DNA of 64,000 nt, from contig CACDOF010000001.1 in assembly GCA_902554315.1 (NCBI GenBank), forward strand, positions 19,894 to 83,893, in the 5' to 3' direction. Both the position numbers and the translations under genes were made by a program. Each line of letters opens with the position of its first letter. Positions within the stretch are counted from its first letter, which is position 1. Below are positions 49,715 to 59,712 of this stretch, in pieces. Source of the stretch: an uncultured Pelagibacteraceae bacterium. Lineage in GTDB: Bacteria > Pseudomonadota > Alphaproteobacteria > Pelagibacterales > Pelagibacteraceae. The notes beneath the pieces were generated by a model. That model saw nothing but the letters and a program-made list of their open reading frames with translations. It ran no database searches and was not told the origin of the DNA.

Positions 49715-49741
49715 TCTTTTTTTTAATAGAGAGGGAAATAT

Positions 49742-51229
49742 ATGAAAAACATTTTTAAATTGATATCATTTTACTTGATATCACTATTTTTATCATTTTC
49801 TTTAGCCAATGCATCAAGTGGGGTTTTTAAACTATCACATGACCTTGGATTTGGAAAAGATACAAATTTAGATGCGATAACTAAAGGTCGTTTGTTTCAA
49901 GTTGTTATAATGACACAAAACCGTTTAGTTAGAAAAAACCTTGACGGAGTAACTTCGCCGGAATTAGCAACTGACTGGACAGGTAATGCAGATGCTACAG
50001 AGTGGACATTTAATCTTCGTAAAGGAGTTAAATTTCATGATGGTTCTGACTTTGATGCAGAAGATGTAAAATACTCTTTAATGAGAGTTAAAGATCCTGA
50101 CATTGGATCGCCTGCTAAAAAAAGTATGAGCTCAGTTACAGATATAGAAGTTGTAGATTCACACACAGTTAAAATGAAGTTAAATACTTCTTTTGCAGAT
50201 TTTCCACTTCTATTAACAGATTATAGGTTAAGAATGATACCTTCTGGTTCTGGTGACACAATAGGAAAAACAGGTATTGGAACTGGTCCTTTTATTGTCG
50301 ATAAATTTGATGCAGAAGGAACAACTATTCTTAAAGCAAATCCTAATTATTGGGAAGGAGCTCCAAAAATTGCTGAGGTTCATGTAATTGCCATACCTGA
50401 TGGTGAAGCAAGAGTGCAAGCTCTCCTTACTGGACAGATTGATATGAACAGATATGTTAAATTTAATCAGAAAAAAATATTTGATGGTAATTCCAAGTTT
50501 AATGTTTCTGTAATACCCACAGGGAATTGGAGAGGTATGGTTATGAGAACAGACACTGCTCCTTTTGATAACCCTAAAGTTAGAAAAGCTGTACGTTTGG
50601 CAGTAGACAGACAAGAGCTTGTTGATCTTGTAATGGATGGAGCAGCAACTGTATCATGCGATACTCCAGTTGCACCATCTGATCAATATCGTCTAGATAT
50701 GGATTGCCCTCAGGATATTAGTAAAGCCAAAAACTTATTAAGAGAAGCGGGATATCCAAATGGAATAGAAATGGTTATCCATGTTTCAACTAAAGAGCCT
50801 ACTTGGCCAACAATTGGTGAGGTACTTCAACAACAATTTGCAAAAGCTGGAATAAAGGCTGAAGTTAAAATGACTCCATCAAAAAGTTATTGGAAAGAAA
50901 CTTGGATGAAAAAAGCAGTATCAATGACTCGTTGGAATGAAAGACCAGCCGATAGTATACTACATGAAGCTTATCATAGTGGAGCAAAATGGAATGAATC
51001 TTTTTATAAAAGTTCATCATTTGATAAAAATCTAGCAAATGCTAGAGGACAGCTTGACTTTAATAAGAGAAAAGCAGCTTATCAAAATGCTCAAAAGACT
51101 TTATGGGAAGAAGCTGGAACAATGATTCCATACCATGTATCGAGATTAGTTGTAACTTCTTCAAGAGTAAAAAATCTTGATGAAGTAGAATTTTTCTCAA
51201 TTAGATGGCATACATTATCAGTAGATTAA
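49742..51229 (+). CDS. Family-5 (Dpp/Opp-like) ABC substrate-binding protein
   Basis: PELATDW, WTFNLRKGVKFHDGS, GTGPF, PFDNPKVRKA. Confidence 0.92.
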   Translation: MKNIFKLISFYLISLFLSFSLANASSGVFKLSHDLGFGKDTNLDAITKGRLFQVVIMTQNRLVRKNLDGVTSPELATDWTGNADATEWTFNLRKGVKFHDGSDFDAEDVKYSLMRVKDPDIGSPAKKSMSSVTDIEVVDSHTVKMKLNTSFADFPLLLTDYRLRMIPSGSGDTIGKTGIGTGPFIVDKFDAEGTTILKANPNYWEGAPKIAEVHVIAIPDGEARVQALLTGQIDMNRYVKFNQKKIFDGNSKFNVSVIPTGNWRGMVMRTDTAPFDNPKVRKAVRLAVDRQELVDLVMDGAATVSCDTPVAPSDQYRLDMDCPQDISKAKNLLREAGYPNGIEMVIHVSTKEPTWPTIGEVLQQQFAKAGIKAEVKMTPSKSYWKETWMKKAVSMTRWNERPADSILHEAYHSGAKWNESFYKSSSFDKNLANARGQLDFNKRKAAYQNAQKTLWEEAGTMIPYHVSRLVVTSSRVKNLDEVEFFSIRWHTLSVD

Positions 51230-51240
51230 TATAAAATAGT

Positions 51241-51272
51241 GTTTTACAGGCCTAGTTAAAGGCCTGTAAAAC
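51241..51272 (+). terminator. Stem-loop after the SBP gene
   Basis: Perfect 13-bp stem GTTTTACAGGCCT-agttaa-AGGCCTGTAAAAC. Confidence 0.8.
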
Positions 51273-51324
51273 TTGTTTCATTTATTAATAATTAATTTTA
51301 AAATCGAGACTAGTAATCTTAATT

Positions 51325-52281
51325 ATGTTGTTTTTAATTATTAAAAGAATTTTATTAGGCTTTATAACCTTATTTATTGTATCGTTAATTACTTTTGTAG
51401 GTACAGAAGTGTTACCAGGGGATGCCTGCACAACTTATCTTGAAAGAGAAGCTTATGGTGCAGCATTAGAAGCTTGTTACAAAAGATTAGGATTGGATAT
51501 TCCTGCTTATGAAAGATATTTATCATGGGCATATAATGTTATCCAAGGAGATTTTGGGTATTCATTAAGCGGTCAAATGCCAATTAATGAAGTTTTAGGA
51601 CCGAGAATAAAAAATTCAATGGTTTTAGCATCTGCTGCAATAATTATAGGAATACCATTAGCTTTAATACTAGGAATAATCACAGCTCTTTGGAGAGATA
51701 AACTGCCTGATTTAGCAATTTCAACAATAACCATTTTTGCAATGACAATTCCAGAATTTATAAGTGCAACTTTGCTAATTTTAATAGTTGCTATTTGGCT
51801 GCAATGGTTGCCAGGGATTGTGATAGTACCCACAGACGTTACGTTTTTTGAATTACTTCCAAATATAATACTGCCAGTCATAGCTATTGCTATGATAATG
51901 ACAGCACATATGGCTCGAATGGTTAGGTCAAGCGTCATTCAAGTTATGGCAAGTGATTATATACAAATGGCAATTTTAAAAGGTGTACCATATTGGAAAA
52001 TGGTTTTTAAACATGTTTTACCCAATGCATTATTACCAGCAATTAATGTTGTGGCGTTAACTATTGCTTGGCTTTTAGGAGGAGTTGTAGTTACAGAAGT
52101 TGTATTTAATTATCCAGGTCTTGGTAGACTTGTTATAGAATCTATTTCAAATAGAGACTTACCAACTGTACAGGCGTTAGCAATTATTCTTGCTTCAATT
52201 TATGTGAGTATAAACTTAATTGCAGATTTATTGACATTAGCATTAAACCCTAGATTAAAGAGTTTACAAATAAGAAAATAA
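51325..52281 (+). CDS. DppB-like ABC permease
   Basis: LPGD, GDFGYS, RMVRSS, HVLPNA, VFNYPGLG. Confidence 0.92.
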   Translation: MLFLIIKRILLGFITLFIVSLITFVGTEVLPGDACTTYLEREAYGAALEACYKRLGLDIPAYERYLSWAYNVIQGDFGYSLSGQMPINEVLGPRIKNSMVLASAAIIIGIPLALILGIITALWRDKLPDLAISTITIFAMTIPEFISATLLILIVAIWLQWLPGIVIVPTDVTFFELLPNIILPVIAIAMIMTAHMARMVRSSVIQVMASDYIQMAILKGVPYWKMVFKHVLPNALLPAINVVALTIAWLLGGVVVTEVVFNYPGLGRLVIESISNRDLPTVQALAIILASIYVSINLIADLLTLALNPRLKSLQIRK

Positions 52282-52283
52282 AT

Positions 52284-53177
52284 ATGGATATAGATAAAAT
52301 TTCTGAAGAAGAACAAAAAAATTCACTTTCAAAAGTTTTAGAGGTATTAAAAACAATGGCCTCAAAACCCTCAGGCTTTATTGGTTTATTTATTTTAGTT
52401 TTTCACGTTGTTTTAGCATCTGTAAGTCCTTTTTTGGCACCTTATGATTATAAAGCAATCGATCCTACACTTATGCTTCAAGCACCATCTTCAGAATATT
52501 GGTTTGGCACTGATAGTTTAGGTAGAGATGTTTTCACAAGAACAATAATGGGCGGAAGAACTGCTCTGACCATAACTTTCTTTGGCTCTCTTATAGCTTT
52601 GCTTTGGGGAGGTTTGTTAGGAATATTTTGTGGATTGGTAGGTGGAAAAATTGATGATGTTGTAATGAGAATAGTGGATGCTTTCTTATCTATACCATGG
52701 ATATTAGCAATGTTATTGATAGTATCTCTTCTAGGAACATCTACAGAAGTATTAATTCCTGCTCTTGGTTTTTTTTATGGTAAAGGAATAGTAAGAGTGG
52801 CGAGAGCCGCAACTCACGATGTAATTGCAAAAGATTTTATTGTTTCTGCTCGTGCCAGAGGACATAGTAATATGTCAATTATTTGGAATGAAATTATACC
52901 AAATGTCAGAGATGCAATTTTAGTTGAAGGTGCTATGAGATGGTCATGGATGTTACTTGGATTTAGTTCCTTGTCTTTTTTAGGATTTGGTGTGAGCCCA
53001 CCAACACCAGACTGGGGACTAATGATTTCAAACGCAAGAGGATTAATGTCATTTGCTTATTGGGCTGTTATAGCACCAGTAGTAGGGTTAAGTAGCTTAA
53101 TTATTGGAATAAATTTGACAGCCGATGCATTTGCAAAAGCACTTGGTATTGATAGATCAACCAAAGCACCAGTTTAA
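52284..53177 (+). CDS. DppC-like ABC permease
   Basis: WFGTDSLGRDVF, SLSFLGFGVSPPTPDWG. Confidence 0.92.
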   Translation: MDIDKISEEEQKNSLSKVLEVLKTMASKPSGFIGLFILVFHVVLASVSPFLAPYDYKAIDPTLMLQAPSSEYWFGTDSLGRDVFTRTIMGGRTALTITFFGSLIALLWGGLLGIFCGLVGGKIDDVVMRIVDAFLSIPWILAMLLIVSLLGTSTEVLIPALGFFYGKGIVRVARAATHDVIAKDFIVSARARGHSNMSIIWNEIIPNVRDAILVEGAMRWSWMLLGFSSLSFLGFGVSPPTPDWGLMISNARGLMSFAYWAVIAPVVGLSSLIIGINLTADAFAKALGIDRSTKAPV

Positions 53178-53181
53178 TTTT

Positions 53182-55206
53182 ATGAGCGATATAATTCAAA
53201 AAGTTAAAAATCTTTCAATTGGTTTCAGAAGTAAAAAAGGTGAAGAAATTCTTATTCTTAGAAATATTTCAACAAATATCAAAAAGGGTGAAACAGTGGG
53301 CATAGTAGGAGAGTCTGGTTCTGGAAAGAGCACATTAGCTTTGGCTATGATGGGATATGTAAAACAAGGCCTTTATACTATTGATGGAGAATGTTTATTT
53401 GAGTCTTCCAATTTGCTTAAAAAAAATAATAGAGAACTAGAAAAAATTAGAGGGAGAAAAATAGCAATGATACCTCAAAATGCAGGTCAATCTTTAACTC
53501 CAAATTTAAAAATAGGATATCAAATAGACGAAGCATTAAGATTACACACAAACTTGAAAAATATTGACAGAGATAAAAGAATTTCCGAATTATTAAAAAA
53601 AGTAAGACTACCTTCGCCTGAAACAATTGCTTTGAGATATCCTCATGAGCTTTCAGGAGGTCAACAACAAAGAGTTGCAGTAGCAATGGCTTTGGCAGGC
53701 AATCCAGAATTGTTATTGTTAGATGAGCCTACAACAGGATTAGATGTAACAACTCAAGCTCATGTTTTAGAATTATTAAATTTTATTGCAAAAGATACTG
53801 GCACATCAATGGTATACGTTAGTCATGATCTTGGTGCAATAGCACAAGTTAGTGACAGAATTATAGTTATGTACTCTGGAGAGATTGTTTTAGAAGGCCC
53901 TTCAAGAAGTATACTAAAAAAACCAATTCATCCTTATACTTATGGACTTTTAAAGTCTATACCTAAACTTTCATTGGCTGGATTACCCGACTCAATGCCG
54001 GGCAGTCAACCACAGCCAGGAAGTATATTAAAAGGATGTAGTTTTTTTAGTAGATGCAATATAGGAGAAGACAAATGTAAAAATAATTCACCTGAACTTG
54101 AGTATATAAGCGATTTAAAAACTAGCGTTAGATGTTTTAATTATAAAAGTTTGAAAAATAAAGATGATATTTCTAGCTCAATATCAAGAAACGAGGCAAT
54201 TATTAATGAAAAAGAAATTTTAAATTTAACCAATGTATCAATTAGCTATGCAAAACAAAAATTAATTGACCAAATCTTTAATAAAACAGTAGACACAAAC
54301 CCAACTGTTAAAGATATTAACATTAATATAAATAAAGGAGAAACAATTGCGTTAGTTGGAGAGTCGGGAAGTGGTAAATCTACTATTTTAAAATCTATTG
54401 CTGGATTACTTAAAACAAAAGATGGAAAAATTAGGTTTGAAAAAGATAGAGATTTATCTTCAAATTTAAAACAAAGAAAACCAAATGATCTTCGAGCTAT
54501 TCAATTAATTTTTCAAAATCCTGATGAATCATTAAATCCAAATCACAACGTTGAAGAAATACTTTCACAACCTTTGAAATTATATTTTGGACTATCAGGC
54601 AAAGAATTAAATAAAAATATTATTGAATTGCTTGAAAAGGTAAGGCTTGGAGAATTTTATATGTCTAGATATCCTAGACAATTATCTGGAGGTGAAAAAC
54701 AAAGAGTTGCAGTTGCTAGAGCATTTGCTGCAAAACCAGATATAATTTTGTGTGATGAAGTTACATCTGCTTTAGATGTTTCAGTTCAGGCAGCAGTATT
54801 AAATCTTTTACAAAAACTTAAAGATGATTTTGGTACGACCTATATCTTTGTTTCACATGATCTTGCTGTTGTTAGAGCTATAAGTGATAGAGTAGCTGTA
54901 TTATATCAAGGAAGATTATGCGAAATTGGTCCTTCAAAAAATGTATATCAATTTCCTTCACATCCTTATACGGAGGTTTTGCTTGGAGCTGTATTAGAAC
55001 CAGATCCAGATATAAAACCAAAACTTGTGGCAGAAGACATTGTTGAAGAAAAACCACCTGAGCAAGGCTGTTCTTTTCAAGGCAGGTGTTCAAGGATATT
55101 GGGGGAAAAATGCAAAAAAGAAACACCTCCATGGCAAATTACCAAAAGTGGTAACGCTATTAAATGCCATATAAATGTAAATGATTTAGAAAAACTACAA
55201 TCATAA
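53182..55206 (+). CDS. Fused DppD/DppF ABC ATPase
   Basis: Two GESGSGKS/LSGG cassettes, each with HPYT and a Cys-rich tail. Start reassigned to ATG 53182. Confidence 0.92.
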   Translation: MSDIIQKVKNLSIGFRSKKGEEILILRNISTNIKKGETVGIVGESGSGKSTLALAMMGYVKQGLYTIDGECLFESSNLLKKNNRELEKIRGRKIAMIPQNAGQSLTPNLKIGYQIDEALRLHTNLKNIDRDKRISELLKKVRLPSPETIALRYPHELSGGQQQRVAVAMALAGNPELLLLDEPTTGLDVTTQAHVLELLNFIAKDTGTSMVYVSHDLGAIAQVSDRIIVMYSGEIVLEGPSRSILKKPIHPYTYGLLKSIPKLSLAGLPDSMPGSQPQPGSILKGCSFFSRCNIGEDKCKNNSPELEYISDLKTSVRCFNYKSLKNKDDISSSISRNEAIINEKEILNLTNVSISYAKQKLIDQIFNKTVDTNPTVKDINININKGETIALVGESGSGKSTILKSIAGLLKTKDGKIRFEKDRDLSSNLKQRKPNDLRAIQLIFQNPDESLNPNHNVEEILSQPLKLYFGLSGKELNKNIIELLEKVRLGEFYMSRYPRQLSGGEKQRVAVARAFAAKPDIILCDEVTSALDVSVQAAVLNLLQKLKDDFGTTYIFVSHDLAVVRAISDRVAVLYQGRLCEIGPSKNVYQFPSHPYTEVLLGAVLEPDPDIKPKLVAEDIVEEKPPEQGCSFQGRCSRILGEKCKKETPPWQITKSGNAIKCHINVNDLEKLQS

Positions 55207-55255
55207 AAAAAATACTAAACATTTTTAATTATCTATGTTTTAATAGATTAAGTTT

Positions 55256-55822
55256 ATGAAAAATAATGCCATACTAATTAAACAAATTCTTTCAGATTAT
55301 AAAATTAATCTTTATTTTAAAAATTTTTCCATAATTCTATTTGGTACTTTATTTTTAGCATTATCATCCAAAGTTCAAGTTCCATTCTGGCCAGTTCCAA
55401 TGACAATGCAAACTTTTGTAGTTTTTATTATAGGTATGGCGTATGGCACCAAGTTGGCTTTTTTTACTCTTATTTTTTATCTTATCGAAGGAGCTTTAGG
55501 TTTGCCTGTTTTTGCTAAAGGAGGTGGGTTATTGTATTTGACAGGACCAACAGCAGGTTACTTATACGGGATGACAATTGCCGCAGGTGTAATTGGTTAT
55601 TTTGCTGAACGTGGTTACAACGAGTCATATTTTAAAAGCTTTATATCTTTGACAGTTGGAACTTTTATAATTTTTTTATTTGGAGTTGGCTATCTAGGAT
55701 CGGTAATAGGATACGACAAAGCATTAGCAGGAGGATTATATCCTTTTATTCCAAGTGAATTTTTTAAAATAGGCTTAGCGATAGCAATTATTCCATCGAT
55801 AAATAAATATATTAATAAATAA
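55256..55822 (+). CDS. bioY: Biotin transporter BioY
   Basis: PVPMTMQTF, GLPVFA, GPTAGYL. Confidence 0.92.
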   Translation: MKNNAILIKQILSDYKINLYFKNFSIILFGTLFLALSSKVQVPFWPVPMTMQTFVVFIIGMAYGTKLAFFTLIFYLIEGALGLPVFAKGGGLLYLTGPTAGYLYGMTIAAGVIGYFAERGYNESYFKSFISLTVGTFIIFLFGVGYLGSVIGYDKALAGGLYPFIPSEFFKIGLAIAIIPSINKYINK

Positions 55823-55890
55823 AATTTAGTTTTTTTATTTTCTTTAAGTTGCTCTGAAATGAATATTTTACTATAAGCATTGTTTAAAAT

Positions 55891-58113
55891 ATGAAAATTA
55901 AAAATGTAGTAGTAATAGGATCAGGCACTATGGGTTGTGGAATAGCTGCACAGCTTTGTAATGCAAACATTCCAGTAACTTTATTAGATTTAACTACCGA
56001 AATAACTGAAAAAGCAAAAGAAAGAATCTTTAAATCAAGACCTCCATTATTAATAGATAAATCAAAAATTGATAATATAAGTATAGGCAATATCAATGAT
56101 AATTTTGATACAGTAAGTCAGGCTGACTGGATAGTTGAAGCGGTAGTTGAAAGAATTGATATTAAACATAATATTTATGAAAAGATTTTTAAATCAAGAA
56201 AAAATGGATCGATAGTTTCATCTAATACTTCGTCAATTCCTATTAAAATACTTTCAGAAAAATTAAGCGAAGACGAAAAAAAAGATTTTTGTATAACTCA
56301 TTTCTTTAATCCAGTTAGATATATGGATCTTTTAGAAATTGTTAAAAGTGAAAATAATGATTTAGAAAAAATTAATTCTTTAAAAACATTTTGTGAAAAA
56401 GATTTAGGCAAAGGAACAATAGTTTGCAATGATACACCTGGCTTCTTAGGAAATAGGATAGGTGTTTTTGCAATGCAAGTCGCTATGACTGAAGCATTTA
56501 GGATGAAGCTTACTATAGAAGAAGCAGATGCTGTATTTGGAAGGCCAATGGGAATACCTAAAACAGGAGTTTTTGGCTTATATGATTTGATAGGAATAGA
56601 TTTGATGGCCGATGTTTTGAAAAGCTTTATAAAAGAATTACCTGAAAACGACGAATTCCAAAAAGTAGCAAAGGAAATACCTTTGGTAAAAAAACTTATA
56701 GAAACTGGTTATACGGGAAGAAAAGGCAAAGGTGGTTTTTATAGAATAAATAAAACGGATAATAAAAAGACTTTAGAAGGAATTAATTTAGAAAATGGTG
56801 AATATTCTATATCAAAAAAATTTAATTTAGGTTCAGAGAGAATGGACATTGTAAATTTGATTAACAGAGATGATAAATATGGAGAATATGCATGGTCAGT
56901 TATTTCCAAAATAATTAAGTATGCATCTTCGCTAGTGCCAGGAATTACTGATAAATTTAATGATATTGATGAAGCAATGAGGCTGGGTTTCAATTGGACC
57001 AAAGGGCCTTTCGAAATGCTAAAAGAGATAGGAGTCAAAAATTTTTTTGATAAAATTGATTCTTTTGAAAATAATAAATTTTTAGAAAATCTTTCAAAAA
57101 CTAAAGATGAAAATTTTTATGGTGAAAGACAATTATATACAGATCTAGAGACACTTGGTAAAATTAAACCGAAGGCAACAAAAATAGATAAAAATAATTC
57201 AGCTGAAATTTATAGATTTAATGATTTCAATATTGTTGAATTTACAACAAAAGCTAATGCATTAGATTACGACTCTATGGATAGTCTAAAAAATGCTACC
57301 GACAAACCTTTAATAATTATTAATGAAGCAATGCAATTTTCTGCGGGTGTAAATTTATCATATACAATGGACTTTGCTGACAAGGGAGATTTTAAATCAA
57401 TTGAAAAATTTGTAAAATATTTTCAAGAGACCTGCAAACACTTAAAGTATTCTAAGTATCCCGTGGTATCAGCTCCATCTGGTTTGGCACTTGGAGGAGG
57501 TTTTGAAGTTCTTTGCCAAAGTAACTTCGTTGTATCCCATACCAATATTGTTGTGGGACTTGTAGAAACTATTGTTGGTTTAATTCCTGCAGGAGGCGGA
57601 TGTAAAGAAATGTTATGGAGATGGTCGCAAACAGACGAAGCAAGAAATGACCCAGATTATGCACCACTAAAAGTTTTTGAAATTATAGGTTATGCCAAAA
57701 CTGCAACTTCACCTATAGAAGCTGAACCTTTCAAGTATTTAAAACCAGATGACAAAAAGATTATGAGTAGAAATAGTTTGTTGTCAGTTTCAAAAAAAAT
57801 TATTGAACAAAATAAAGATTTTAAAATCCCACAAGAAGCCAGTTTTCAATTTTCTGGAAAAGTAGTTTATGAAAAAATGATCAAGATGTTAGAAAAATTA
57901 TATAATGATAAAACTATATTAGACCATGGAGTGCAAGTTGGAAAAGAACTGGCATATGTATTAAGCGGCGGAGATACAACTGTTGATAAAAAATTAAGTG
58001 AAGACGATCTTTACAAGTTAGAATTAGATGCTTTTATGAGATTAATAGAAACTCAAAAAACTCAAGATAGAATTAAACATACTTTGGCAACCAGCAAACC
58101 CTTGGTAAACTAA
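55891..58113 (+). CDS. 3-hydroxyacyl-CoA dehydrogenase/enoyl-CoA hydratase (FadN-like)
   Basis: GSGTMG, SNTSSIP, HFFNPVRYM, FSAGVNL, ALGGGFE, GLIPAGGG. Confidence 0.92.
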   Translation: MKIKNVVVIGSGTMGCGIAAQLCNANIPVTLLDLTTEITEKAKERIFKSRPPLLIDKSKIDNISIGNINDNFDTVSQADWIVEAVVERIDIKHNIYEKIFKSRKNGSIVSSNTSSIPIKILSEKLSEDEKKDFCITHFFNPVRYMDLLEIVKSENNDLEKINSLKTFCEKDLGKGTIVCNDTPGFLGNRIGVFAMQVAMTEAFRMKLTIEEADAVFGRPMGIPKTGVFGLYDLIGIDLMADVLKSFIKELPENDEFQKVAKEIPLVKKLIETGYTGRKGKGGFYRINKTDNKKTLEGINLENGEYSISKKFNLGSERMDIVNLINRDDKYGEYAWSVISKIIKYASSLVPGITDKFNDIDEAMRLGFNWTKGPFEMLKEIGVKNFFDKIDSFENNKFLENLSKTKDENFYGERQLYTDLETLGKIKPKATKIDKNNSAEIYRFNDFNIVEFTTKANALDYDSMDSLKNATDKPLIIINEAMQFSAGVNLSYTMDFADKGDFKSIEKFVKYFQETCKHLKYSKYPVVSAPSGLALGGGFEVLCQSNFVVSHTNIVVGLVETIVGLIPAGGGCKEMLWRWSQTDEARNDPDYAPLKVFEIIGYAKTATSPIEAEPFKYLKPDDKKIMSRNSLLSVSKKIIEQNKDFKIPQEASFQFSGKVVYEKMIKMLEKLYNDKTILDHGVQVGKELAYVLSGGDTTVDKKLSEDDLYKLELDAFMRLIETQKTQDRIKHTLATSKPLVN

Positions 58114-58170
58114 CCTCTGTAAGTCAATATTACTCATTTAAGCATTTTTAATAATTTGTATAATGATTAA

Positions 58171-58299
58171 ATGACAAAAAAATTAACAAAAAAACAAATA
58201 AAAAATGCATCAGATATTTTGATTTCTTGGAAGAAGAAAATGCCTTTTTACTATGCTACAGCAATAATAATTGTTTTTTTAATAGTTCTATTTCAGTAA
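58171..58299 (+). CDS. Putative 42-aa small membrane protein (below the ORF-track cutoff)
   Basis: MTKKLTKKQIKNASDILISWKKKMPFYYATAIIIVFLIVLFQ: basic N-terminus plus one C-terminal TM helix; TATAAT 6 nt upstream. Confidence 0.55.
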   Translation: MTKKLTKKQIKNASDILISWKKKMPFYYATAIIIVFLIVLFQ

Positions 58300-58932
58300 T
58301 TTAAAATAATTTATATAATCTGGCCTTAAAACATATTCAGATTTTGCTGCTGACTTAATTTTTTTTAAAGCATCCAATCCATAAATTACTTTACCAACAG
58401 GTGTAAACTCACCATTGAATAAGGGTATATTTTTTAAGATTATAAAAAATTCACTATCTTCGGTATTTAAACCATCACGTCTAGCAAGCGCTAAAGTTCC
58501 TTCTTCAAAATTATATTTATTACTGAGTTCTGATTGCAAATTTCCAAGACCCGATTTACCACTTCCAATTTTAAAATAATTTATATTATCAATATTTCCA
58601 TATTCTAAGTCACCTGCTTGTATTAATGTATCTTTTAAGACTCTGTAGAACGCTGAACGATCATATGATCCTTTTTCAATAAGACTTTTAAATCTTTTAA
58701 CTGAGTTTGGAGAAGTATTTGAAAAAAGTTCAATTATAACATTTCCACATTCAACATTCATCACTACAATATTTTCAGATTTACTAAATTGAATTTTTTC
58801 AAGATCAACTTTTTTAACAAAAAAACATTTATTTTTAGTTATAAAAAAAAAGCTAAAGGAAAATATTCCTAAAGTAATTAAAAATAATAATAAAAATTTT
58901 TCAGAAAGTGATGCTTTTACTTTTTTTATCAT
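58288..58932 (-). CDS. Cyclophilin-type peptidyl-prolyl isomerase with N-terminal membrane anchor
   Basis: GNVIIELF, FYRVLKDTLIQAGD, SEFFI, FTPVGKVIYG. Confidence 0.8.
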   Translation of the reverse strand: MIKKVKASLSEKFLLLFLITLGIFSFSFFFITKNKCFFVKKVDLEKIQFSKSENIVVMNVECGNVIIELFSNTSPNSVKRFKSLIEKGSYDRSAFYRVLKDTLIQAGDLEYGNIDNINYFKIGSGKSGLGNLQSELSNKYNFEEGTLALARRDGLNTEDSEFFIILKNIPLFNGEFTPVGKVIYGLDALKKIKSAAKSEYVLRPDYINYFKLLK

Positions 58933-58936
58933 TTAT

Positions 58937-59659
58937 TTAAAAATTATAAATTTTATTAATTCCATCTTCTATAAATTTAATTTTGTTAAATAATATCAAA
59001 TCTTTTTTAGACTTATTTTTTATATTAATTTTATTTGTAATTAAAAAAGAATAAACTTCGGCCATATCCTCAGAAGGTATAGATTTAGAATATTCTGTTA
59101 AAAAACCATTTGTTTCATCATAAAGATTTAATGCCAATCTATCTGAACAGGTCGAACATTCTGCATATTGAAATTCCTTATTGTTAAAATTTGACCAAAT
59201 TTCTTCATCAAAAATATTTTTAAAACTATCATTTATTATATGAAATACTTCATGGTGCAATACTCTTTCAAAATATTTTTCATTAAAATTTAAATCTAAA
59301 ATTAATGTTCTTTTTTTATGATCTGGTATTCCTGCAGTATTAATTTTAGATATAAATAAATTTTCACACAAAACTATAAATCTTAAATTAATTTTTTTTA
59401 GAAATTCAGATTTATAAATGTCTAAATTTTTTTTAATTAAGGGAAATTTTTTTTTTAAAAGTTCTTTAGTTGTTTTATCACAAGTTATGTTGTTATTAGT
59501 TCCAATCCTAAAATTTTTATAAGTATTTAAATATTTTAATCCGTTGGCATTATTTAATTTATAAGTCTTTAAGTTTGGAATATTCAACAAATAATTAATT
59601 TCGTTAGCCTTTAATAAATTTGTTTGTAATAATAAAAGTAAAATTAATAATAATCTCAT
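58937..59659 (-). CDS. Exported putative zinc metallopeptidase (HExxH)
   Basis: Signal peptide, HHEVFH, GFLTEYS, EDMAEVY. Confidence 0.65.
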   Translation of the reverse strand: MRLLLILLLLLQTNLLKANEINYLLNIPNLKTYKLNNANGLKYLNTYKNFRIGTNNNITCDKTTKELLKKKFPLIKKNLDIYKSEFLKKINLRFIVLCENLFISKINTAGIPDHKKRTLILDLNFNEKYFERVLHHEVFHIINDSFKNIFDEEIWSNFNNKEFQYAECSTCSDRLALNLYDETNGFLTEYSKSIPSEDMAEVYSFLITNKINIKNKSKKDLILFNKIKFIEDGINKIYNF

Positions 59660-59712
59660 TAAATAAATATAGACGAATTCGTTTAGATAATATTATCTTA
59701 GATTATTATAAA

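Noticed and set aside
1769-59712. Long N-terminal extensions in the track for the LLM (1810), thioesterase (6765), pseudoazurin (42184), Dpp ATPase (53125) and ureohydrolase (59620)
   Set aside because: Downstream ATGs match family N-termini, SD position or signal peptides, and mostly avoid overlap with neighbouring genes.
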